Of a DNA stretch of 37,728 nucleotides, positions 15,949-23,688 are shown one piece after another. The translations under genes and the position numbers were made by a program. Within the stretch, counting starts at the first letter, position 1; every line of letters begins with the position of its first letter. The stretch is from an uncultured Dehalococcoidaceae bacterium (GTDB taxonomy: Bacteria; Chloroflexota; Dehalococcoidia; Dehalococcoidales; RBG-16-60-22): contig CAYWRT010000002.1 in NCBI GenBank assembly GCA_964460815.1, forward strand, positions 1 through 37,728. The letters are read 5' to 3'. The notes below the pieces were generated by a model. The model ran no database searches. It had not been told where the DNA came from and saw only the letters and a list, made by a program, of their open reading frames with translations.

Positions 15949-17352
15949 TCAGTTCACCTTCAGGGGAACCAACAGCTCGACTATTTTGTGTACGCTATCG
16001 AGTTCCTCCAGATTTTCCAGTAAATCCAGCGCTTTTTGGGCATTACCTCTGGTCACCGTCCGGGAAAACTCTACATTGGCTCTGAATTTATCTGCTATCT
16101 CGTCTCGGGACATCGGATTTCTGACCGGGTCTCCCTTGGGGGCATCGTTGAATTCGGAGAACTCCCGTCCGTCTTTCATTCTTACCTTCAGTTTTGCGCT
16201 TTGTGCTGGCGCTCCAGGCAGTTCAACTGACTTTATTTTTTGAATAAGGGCGTTAATTTGAGGGTCACGAATAGACTCCTCAGAGAAGTGCCCAGGCTTA
16301 ACACTCCCTCTAAGCAGGGCGCAGGCGGCGGCATACTGGTAGCTGAAAATGGCACAGGTATGGGGGAAGTCCCCGATTTTGAAGGGTTGTTCCAGAAAAC
16401 CGCCTACACCACCCGGGGGTATGTAAATGGTTACTTCGGCTATGTCCTCAGCCTTAATATCATGTTTTTGCAAAAGCGACAGGGCGCTATCAATAACCAC
16501 ATGAGTGCCGCGGCAACAGGGATATGGCTTGAAGACAGCATCGGCGTAATACTTCTTACCCAGGTCCCTGGTTAAAATCTCGGGTTTAATACAACCCTCG
16601 GTATAAAGATGATAGTAGCCGAAGTCACTGAGCAGGGCATCATCCGGTCCTGTCCATCCCGCTTTGGCAAGTTGGGCGGAAAAGATACCATTCCGGGCTG
16701 ATGTGCCCTGAGCCAGCTTGAATGAAGTAGTTCCATCCCAGATGCTCTGGGAAGTACCGGCGAGCTGATTGAGAACGATGCCAAAGGCGTTTCTCATTTG
16801 CCGTTGGTTTAGGGCTAATAATCGGCCAGCGATAGCGGTTGCGCCGAGCATATTTGTCGTACCGATGCAGTCCCAACCCAGGGCAGGTGCGAAGCCAGAA
16901 GCGGCCAGCACCCGTGAGGCGACATCATCCCCCACCAATAAAGCCGTGATTAGTTCTTTGCCATTTACGCCTTTCATTTCCCCCATTGATATCGCTGTCG
17001 GTACTGTTGTCCCGCTGGTGTGGGCCGGGATAATCTCATCTTCAACCAGGGGACATAGTGCTTCGAAGTCGTAAGACCGTGCTATGATACTGTTTACCAT
17101 GGCAGCGTTGTGAACTGGCACCTCACCGCCATGAACCAGGATGGTGGCTTCTTCCCTGCCTCCCCACTCTCTGACCAGGTTTATTAATGCCGGATTGCCG
17201 CCGGCGTTGGCACCGCCTATCAAACACCCCACCACATCGATGATTCGGCTCTTGGCGTTGTCTATTGTCGCCTGGTCGAAGTTTTCAAAGCGCGTCTCCC
17301 GCACATTTGCCGAAAGTGCTTCGATTGGTGAGTTTTTAGCTGTGCTGCTCAC
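15949..17352 (-). CDS. MmgE/PrpD-family protein, copy 2
   Basis: 467 aa. Same architecture as 9169..10581 but divergent in sequence (FDQATIDNAKSRIIDVVGCLIGG...; PYPCCRGTH versus PYPCCRMLH). Confidence 0.8.
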   Translation of the reverse strand: MSSTAKNSPIEALSANVRETRFENFDQATIDNAKSRIIDVVGCLIGGANAGGNPALINLVREWGGREEATILVHGGEVPVHNAAMVNSIIARSYDFEALCPLVEDEIIPAHTSGTTVPTAISMGEMKGVNGKELITALLVGDDVASRVLAASGFAPALGWDCIGTTNMLGATAIAGRLLALNQRQMRNAFGIVLNQLAGTSQSIWDGTTSFKLAQGTSARNGIFSAQLAKAGWTGPDDALLSDFGYYHLYTEGCIKPEILTRDLGKKYYADAVFKPYPCCRGTHVVIDSALSLLQKHDIKAEDIAEVTIYIPPGGVGGFLEQPFKIGDFPHTCAIFSYQYAAACALLRGSVKPGHFSEESIRDPQINALIQKIKSVELPGAPAQSAKLKVRMKDGREFSEFNDAPKGDPVRNPMSRDEIADKFRANVEFSRTVTRGNAQKALDLLENLEELDSVHKIVELLVPLKVN

Positions 17353-17395
17353 CGCCGGATGCCTCCTCTTTTTGTCATTGTAGATTGAGCAGGAA

Positions 17396-18616
17396 TCAGA
17401 TAATCACTTCGGCATTTACCAGCTCGACAAATTCTTCATCACTCATACCCAGGATTTCAGTGCATACGTAGTGATTATGCGCGCCAATGAGGGGGCCGGT
17501 CCTTATCCAGGGTGGTGTCTTTGACAGGACAAAAGGCCATCGCGTATGCAGGTAATCACCAATGACGGGGTGATGCATTTGGAGCAGTAGCTCTCTGGCT
17601 TTTACATGAGGGTCGGAGTCGACGACATCTTGAGCATTTTGCACAATCCCGGCCGGGACTCCGGCTGCCTGCATCATCTTCATCACTTCCCGGGGTATAT
17701 GCTGCGCCGTCCATTGGTTTATCTGCACTTCTAACTCGTCCTCATTTGCCTTCCGAGCCGACAGAGTGGCGAATTTGGGGGACTTTGTCCATTCAGGATT
17801 ACCCAGTACCCCGCAGAAACTTACCCATTCCTCATCGGTAAATACGGCAATAACGCACCACCGGTCATCCCCCTTACAGCGAAAGGCATTATGCGGCGCA
17901 GCGTGATTATCCCGGCTGCCCACCGGGGTTTGTATTTTGCCATTTATGGTAAAATCTAAAATGGCCGGACCCAGAAAATGCACCAGGGGCTCCAGCTGGC
18001 TGACATCGAGGTGTTGTCCCTTCCCTGTCCGGCGCTTATAGTCCAGAGCGGCAATACCGGCCATAGCGGCAAACATGGGCCCGATAACATCGGGGACGGC
18101 GGTAAAGCCGGGTGATGATGGACCGCTATCGGGAAATCGATAGTAGTAAAACTGGCCGCTCTGCGCCATGGAGTTGCTACCCCAGCCGCCCACCCCCACC
18201 ATCGGGCCTTCCTGCCCCATAATACTGACTTCTATGAGAATGATATCTTCTTTTACCTTTTTTAGCTCCTCGTAGCCAAATGACATGGCTTTCATCAGGC
18301 CTGGCCTCTGGTTCTGGAGTACTATGTCCGCCCAGCCGACCAGCTTCATAAATATCTCCCGGCCACGGGGCTCTCTCAGATTCAGCGTGAAGCTCTTTTT
18401 ACTGCTGTTAAAGGTATTAAACGTAATGGAACGGTCATAACCGGGGATGTCGTCCTTATACGGCGAGCTGGTCCTGGCCATCTCGGGATACCTGGTGGAC
18501 TCAATCTTGATTACCTCAGCGCCGAAGTCGGCAAAATAGGCTCCGGTCCAGGGGCCGTTAATAGCCTGTGTCCACTCCACGACCTTCACTCCTTGAAACG
18601 GCAGTCTTCTGTCCAT
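17396..18616 (-). CDS. Family-III (CaiB/BaiF) CoA-transferase, subunit retaining the catalytic Asp
   Basis: 406 aa. GVKVVEWTQAINGPWTGAYFADFGAEVIKIE. AVPD(176)VIGPMFAAMAGIAAL aligns with the GDSNSG nucleophile region of formyl-CoA transferase, as I recall that sequence. Confidence 0.85.
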   Translation of the reverse strand: MDRRLPFQGVKVVEWTQAINGPWTGAYFADFGAEVIKIESTRYPEMARTSSPYKDDIPGYDRSITFNTFNSSKKSFTLNLREPRGREIFMKLVGWADIVLQNQRPGLMKAMSFGYEELKKVKEDIILIEVSIMGQEGPMVGVGGWGSNSMAQSGQFYYYRFPDSGPSSPGFTAVPDVIGPMFAAMAGIAALDYKRRTGKGQHLDVSQLEPLVHFLGPAILDFTINGKIQTPVGSRDNHAAPHNAFRCKGDDRWCVIAVFTDEEWVSFCGVLGNPEWTKSPKFATLSARKANEDELEVQINQWTAQHIPREVMKMMQAAGVPAGIVQNAQDVVDSDPHVKARELLLQMHHPVIGDYLHTRWPFVLSKTPPWIRTGPLIGAHNHYVCTEILGMSDEEFVELVNAEVII

Positions 18617-18621
18617 ATAGA

Positions 18622-19851
18622 CTAGATAACCCCCTTTTTTTTCAAGTCAGCCAGGGTGCTTTGACTCAGACCCAGTTCACCTATATATATTTCCCGGTTG
18701 TGCTCGCCGATAAGCGGGGCTCTGTGCCGGGGCTCTGTTTTCGTTTCGTTAGATAGAAACAGGTGCCCGGCATAAGGTATAACATCCGATAGCTCGGGGT
18801 GTTCGATTGCTTTCCAGTATTTTCTGAACTCAAGCTGCTTATTTTCGTACAGGTCTCTCACGTCGTTCACCGCACTGATGCGCAGTCCCCTCTTTAAAGA
18901 CTCGTCTTCTATCTCTTTTTTAGTATGCCGTTGCAGGAGCTTAAAAACCGGCCCCTCTATCCGGTCAATTTTTTCCTGAGTTATGCCATCGAAACCGAAC
19001 TCATCCCAGTCGATGTCTTTCAGGTCTCCAAGCAGGCCTTCTTCCTCCAACCATTTAGCTAACTGCTTATTTTCGCTGGCACCGATGGTCCCGCCGAAAA
19101 GAGTCCAGGTCACGTGCCCGTCTTTGCAGGGCCATATCGTTCTGGTATTCACATTATAACGAAACATGATGTCGCCGTGCCGGCCCGCGTTGTAGTGCCT
19201 GAATTCCCAGGATGTTGGCACTTCACTGTAATTTTCCCGGATGGCACACTCGGATAGTGAAACGTCAATATGCTGTCCCTCTCCCGACCGGGTGCGGTAG
19301 TAATAGGCAATCATGGTAGCCAGGGCGGCATTGGTGCCCGCCAGGCAATAGGCATGGTTTGGGCTCAGCCGGCAGGGCACGCCACCGGGTTCGCCGGTCA
19401 GCGACATGATGCCACCCACAGCCATAGCTATGAGGTCCGTAGCTTTATAATTTTTATAGGGTCCGGTCTGGCCAAAAGGGGTTATTGAGGTCATTATGAG
19501 CCCGGGATAAATGGCACTTAGTTCCTGGTAGCCTAAGCCCAGATTGTCCAGATAACCCACCGGAAAAGACTCGAGCAGGAAATCGGCGTTTTTAACCAAT
19601 TTTTTAAAAATATCCTGGCCTTCCCGGGTCTCTATATTCAGGGTTATGCCCCTTTTACTTTCATTGAAAGCGAACCAGTAGAGGCTTTTCTCCGGGTCGG
19701 GCACATCATGATAGAATGGCCCGAAATTTCTGGCCGGGTCTCCCCCGGGCCTTTCGATTTTGATTACGTCAACGCCGAACTGAGCCAGGAGTTTGCCACA
19801 GAAGAAACCAAGCTCATTGGTCACATCCAGAGCACGAAGACCACTCAGCAT
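18622..19851 (-). CDS. Family-III (CaiB/BaiF) CoA-transferase paralog lacking the catalytic Asp
   Basis: 409 aa. LRALDVTNELGFFCGKLLAQFGVDVIKIERPGGDP. In an ungapped eye alignment the nucleophile position holds Tyr168 (NHAYCLAGTNAALATMIA). Its stop is only 5 nt upstream of the start of the downstream transferase gene. Confidence 0.85.
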   Translation of the reverse strand: MLSGLRALDVTNELGFFCGKLLAQFGVDVIKIERPGGDPARNFGPFYHDVPDPEKSLYWFAFNESKRGITLNIETREGQDIFKKLVKNADFLLESFPVGYLDNLGLGYQELSAIYPGLIMTSITPFGQTGPYKNYKATDLIAMAVGGIMSLTGEPGGVPCRLSPNHAYCLAGTNAALATMIAYYYRTRSGEGQHIDVSLSECAIRENYSEVPTSWEFRHYNAGRHGDIMFRYNVNTRTIWPCKDGHVTWTLFGGTIGASENKQLAKWLEEEGLLGDLKDIDWDEFGFDGITQEKIDRIEGPVFKLLQRHTKKEIEDESLKRGLRISAVNDVRDLYENKQLEFRKYWKAIEHPELSDVIPYAGHLFLSNETKTEPRHRAPLIGEHNREIYIGELGLSQSTLADLKKKGVI

Positions 19852-19903
19852 ACCGATTCCGTACCTTGGTTATTTATTATCGCCTTACGACTTCTTTCTG
19901 TCA

Positions 19904-21835
19904 CTACCCTGCCTTATTGATGAAGCTGGTAAGTTCCAGTTCCGTAAGTGTCCTTTTCGTAGGGATGCCGTTTTTATCCCACCCTCTCTCCTTGTAGTAA
20001 TCATCGAGTAGCATCTCAATATCTTCTTTAGCCAATCTCCTGGTATTATAGTAGTCTTTCAGCCAGGTCTCCTCGCCCAAGAGGGAAAATGGCTCGGTGT
20101 AGTATCGTTCCGGTAAGTAATCATCCTGCCTGGTGGCACCCTGCCTGATGTTGAATAGCTTGAGCAGGTTGACACATCGTTCGGAGGCTGATAGCAATTC
20201 GGCTGGTTGAATATGAACGCCGGTGACCAGGTGATAGAGCTCCGTAATCGTGGCCAGGCTGTATAACCGGGCCAGAGGTGGTCGGCTGCAAATACCCATA
20301 ACATCAAGCAGGACGTTCCAGCGTTCCACATACCGTGTCAGCCGGGCGATATTAAACCCCAGCGGGTCGCTGAAAACCCGGTCAAGCTCGTCTTCTGACA
20401 TACCTATCCTGGTGCAGTATCTTCGCAGCTGCTCCGGTGTACGCCCCGCAATCACCGTGGGACCGAGGGCCAGGGTGGCGTGCGGTCCCGTGAGCCCAAC
20501 TACAGTGCCAAAACCTTCCGTCCCGAAAAGGCCACGGGGGTCGAAATCCAGTGAGCCGCCTCGCCTCTGCACAGCATACTTCGTCAGTTCTTCGCCGAGG
20601 GCGGCAAACACGCCGGGGTAACCGTCGGCTACAGCGTTGCCAAAGCCTTCCCGGTTAGCTACCTTGTGCATCCAGGTTAGTACCGTGTCCAGGTTCCGCT
20701 CCAGTTTCATGCCGTCGGTTACCTTTTCATCAATTATCCCTTGTTCTTGCAGGTCCATAAGGAAATCTAACACACAGGTAATCTCATTGGAATCTATGCC
20801 GAGCCTGTTGGCGGTGTCGTGACACTTGACAATTTGATTGTAACTTAAGAGGTCAAACTTGGAACCATAGGAGAGAATAGCGCCCATATTACATGCCTGC
20901 GGGGTTTCCAGGCCGGCGAACTCACCGTCCTTCAGCTTGTACACGACCTTGCAGCTCAGCGGGCAGAGTGTACAGGGAAGAGCGATATCTCTTACTTTCA
21001 TGAACGCTTCCACGCCGAACCGATTGACCCATCTATCGGCGGGGTAGGATTCGCGCCAGTTTTTCCAGGCGGCTTTGCCTTCCTGACCGTACTGCTCTAC
21101 GGCTATCGTGGTGCCCAGGTTCATCCATTGTTTGAGGTTCGGGTCATGCAGGAACCTGTCATATAGTTCATCAGTTTTGGCCAGGAGTTCTCTGGTATGG
21201 GCTACGCGCAACCCTTTGGTGCCCCTGACTACAATAGCTTTAATATTCTTGGAACCGGGGACCGCCCCGGAGCCTTTTCTACCCGCGGATGCCTGCTTAT
21301 TGGTATAAGCCATGGATATCTTGGCTAATTTTTCACCAGCCGGGCCAATGCCGAATATAGTGCAGTTGTCGCCATATCGGTCCCAGAGTTCGTCAGCAGC
21401 CTCATAGGTGTCCTTGCCCCAGAGGTCGCCGGCGTCGTTAATCTGTACCTCATCATCGAAAATAGTGATATATACCGGCTTGGCGGCTTTTCCGGTTATG
21501 ACCATAGAATCATAGCCCGCCCATTTCAGATGCGTCCCGAAATCACCGGATGTCGCTGTCTGGGCCAGTCCGTTGAGTGGTGACTTTGATGTCCAGTCGG
21601 TCTTGTTGGTCCCGATGAGACCTGTCCCGGAGAGAGGGGTCGAGCTGGCTATCAGGGCATTTCCCGGTGACAGCGCATCCGTATCCGGCTTTACGGCGTC
21701 ATAGAGTAACTTGGCGCTCATGCTTATGCCGCCAATAAACTTCCTGGCCATTCCAAGGTCAAAATTCTCCTTGACAATGCTTCCTTGAGTTAAATCGATT
21801 TTCAGAATCTGACCGGCGTATCCCAGCATTTCCAT
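19904..21835 (-). CDS. AOR-family tungsto/molybdopterin enzyme, non-canonical (AOR-3)
   Basis: The track ORF starts at the GTG at 21868 (654 aa). I prefer the ATG at 21835 (MEMLGYAGQILKIDLTQGS), which has GAGGGGG 8 nt upstream and a typical AOR N-terminus. FeS motif CTLCPLSC. GSGAVPGSKNIKAIVVRG. C-terminus YYKERGWDKNGIPTKRTLTELEL. Where AOR-1 and AOR-2 have PEYE(T/S), this protein has TPQAC(326)NMG. Confidence 0.85.
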   Translation of the reverse strand: MEMLGYAGQILKIDLTQGSIVKENFDLGMARKFIGGISMSAKLLYDAVKPDTDALSPGNALIASSTPLSGTGLIGTNKTDWTSKSPLNGLAQTATSGDFGTHLKWAGYDSMVITGKAAKPVYITIFDDEVQINDAGDLWGKDTYEAADELWDRYGDNCTIFGIGPAGEKLAKISMAYTNKQASAGRKGSGAVPGSKNIKAIVVRGTKGLRVAHTRELLAKTDELYDRFLHDPNLKQWMNLGTTIAVEQYGQEGKAAWKNWRESYPADRWVNRFGVEAFMKVRDIALPCTLCPLSCKVVYKLKDGEFAGLETPQACNMGAILSYGSKFDLLSYNQIVKCHDTANRLGIDSNEITCVLDFLMDLQEQGIIDEKVTDGMKLERNLDTVLTWMHKVANREGFGNAVADGYPGVFAALGEELTKYAVQRRGGSLDFDPRGLFGTEGFGTVVGLTGPHATLALGPTVIAGRTPEQLRRYCTRIGMSEDELDRVFSDPLGFNIARLTRYVERWNVLLDVMGICSRPPLARLYSLATITELYHLVTGVHIQPAELLSASERCVNLLKLFNIRQGATRQDDYLPERYYTEPFSLLGEETWLKDYYNTRRLAKEDIEMLLDDYYKERGWDKNGIPTKRTLTELELTSFINKAG

Positions 21836-21886
21836 TTCAGGTACCCCCTCGACGTTCTGATAAGCCACATGAATATCTTATCGTTA

Positions 21887-23548
21887 CTATAGCTCCTTAT
21901 CTGCCCGGGTTAAGGCACCGTAGTTGCATACGGCTATACAGAGACCGCAATTCTTGCATTCATCGCTGAACTGTAAATCGGTCGTTCTTATAGCGTGGTC
22001 TCTGGTCAGTGTAATACACGACTTAAAGGGGTTGAACTCCCCCAGATTTATGGCAGAACAGCGTACCTGACATGTCCGGCACCCGGAACATTTATCAACC
22101 TCAATCCTGATGGGCAGGTCACACCGCAGGCACCGCCTGGCTTCTTCAACGGCACTCGGCTCATCAAGGTTAAGTTCTACCTCGCTGAAGTCACGGAGTC
22201 GCTCGCTGACAGGTCGTGCGGGTATGTTAACCCGGTTGACGATGGGAAGCCCCAGCCTGTATGAGGCCACTTTCTGGGGCGTCGCCAGTACCTCTTCAAT
22301 CGACCCCTGGCCACCAAGGTAGCGGTCTATTGAGGCGGCGGCCTGTCTCCCGGCAGCGATAGCCTCGATAATTGAAGCCGGGCCGCTGACGACATCGCCG
22401 CCGGCAAAAACCCCGTCTCTGCCGGTCGCCAGGGTGCCCGCGGTGACCTGAACCGTACCACCGTCACCGGTCGTCAGCCCGAGCTGGTCAGGGATATCAG
22501 GCGTTTGACCGGTAGCCGAAATGACACTGTCAACCTCAACAGTGAACTCGCTGCCGGGGACCGGTTCCGGGCGTCTCCGCCCGCTGGCATCCACTGCCCC
22601 CAGTCTGGACCGGATAAATTCTACCTTCAACTTGCCGTTGGCTCTGGCTATCCTGGTGGGCGCCGTCAGGAACTGAATATTCACTCCCTCGGCCATAGCC
22701 TCGGCCACCTCGGACAGGTTGGCCGGCATCTCGTCCCAGGAGCGGCGGTAATAAATCGTCACATTCCTGCCACCGAGCCGAAGGGCGGTCCGGGCGGTAT
22801 CGATGGCGGCATTGCCCCCACCGACAACCGCCACCTTGTCCCCCGGACTGACCTGCCGGCCCATGTTAACATCTTTAAGGAAGGATACGCAGTCCACTAC
22901 CGCCGGGTCATCTTCTCCCTCGATACCCATCTTCTGCCCCCTGTGGGCACCAATAGCTATGAAAACAGCGTCGTAGCCCTGCTCAAAGAGCCAGTCCGGT
23001 GATTCAACCCTGGTGTTCGTTTTAATGTTCACCCCTGCCTTTCTGACAATATCTATCTCCGAATCGAGCACGTTCCTGGGCAGCCGGTACCTGGGAATAC
23101 AGGTCAGCATCATGCCACCCGGCTCCGGGAGCGCCTCGAAGACGGTGACAGCGTGCCCAAGCCTGGCCAGGTAATAGGCTGCGGTTAGTCCGGCCGGCCC
23201 GGAACCGACGACAGCCACCGACTTGCCCGTTGCTCGGGCAGCTGCCGGCTCTCTGGTGCTGATTGACCTCCCTTCAGCCACAAAGCGTTTGAGAGCTTTT
23301 ATGGCCAGCGGCCCGCCCATCTCGCTTCGCTGGCAGCTGGCCTCGCAGGGGTGGAAGCAGACATAGCCACAGATTAAGGCAAAGGGAATCCTCTCCCTGA
23401 TTACTGCCAGAGCTTCGTCGAACTTGCCTTCAGCAATCAGACGAATGTAGCGGGGTACATCCACGCCCGCGGGACAAGCACGCTGACACGGTGCTTCTTC
23501 TAGCGGCTCTTTGTAGGTAATCACAGTAAAACCCCCTTCTGGTTTCAT
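21887..23548 (-). CDS. GltD/SudA-like NAD(P)H-dependent FAD/FeS oxidoreductase fused to a C-terminal 2x[4Fe-4S] ferredoxin domain
   Basis: 553 aa. N-terminal Cys clusters CQRACPAGVDVPRY...CGYVCFHPCEASC. FAD fold VAVVGSGPAGLTAAYYLARLGH. NAD(P)H fold VAVVGGGNAAIDTARTAL. C-terminal CSGCRTCQVRC and CKNCGLCIAVC. Confidence 0.85.
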   Translation of the reverse strand: MKPEGGFTVITYKEPLEEAPCQRACPAGVDVPRYIRLIAEGKFDEALAVIRERIPFALICGYVCFHPCEASCQRSEMGGPLAIKALKRFVAEGRSISTREPAAARATGKSVAVVGSGPAGLTAAYYLARLGHAVTVFEALPEPGGMMLTCIPRYRLPRNVLDSEIDIVRKAGVNIKTNTRVESPDWLFEQGYDAVFIAIGAHRGQKMGIEGEDDPAVVDCVSFLKDVNMGRQVSPGDKVAVVGGGNAAIDTARTALRLGGRNVTIYYRRSWDEMPANLSEVAEAMAEGVNIQFLTAPTRIARANGKLKVEFIRSRLGAVDASGRRRPEPVPGSEFTVEVDSVISATGQTPDIPDQLGLTTGDGGTVQVTAGTLATGRDGVFAGGDVVSGPASIIEAIAAGRQAAASIDRYLGGQGSIEEVLATPQKVASYRLGLPIVNRVNIPARPVSERLRDFSEVELNLDEPSAVEEARRCLRCDLPIRIEVDKCSGCRTCQVRCSAINLGEFNPFKSCITLTRDHAIRTTDLQFSDECKNCGLCIAVCNYGALTRADKEL

Positions 23549-23688
23549 AGCACATTGACCATCTGGCGCTCAGGCGGAGAGAAACGACAAGGGCAGTATT
23601 TCTTGCTACGTAAAAGAAAGGCTTTTATGTAGTTTGACTTCAGCTACCCAACAATACACTTTCTACAGGTATCTTCCTTCAATCTTGC

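Noticed and set aside
19904-21868. Calling AOR-3 a bona fide BamB (class II benzoyl-CoA reductase) subunit
   Set aside because: None of the BamC-I-type partners (HdrA-like, MvhD-like, NuoEFG-like) are present. No dienoyl-CoA hydratase or ring-cleavage genes are seen. I cannot verify residue equivalence from memory, so I report only that it is non-canonical.
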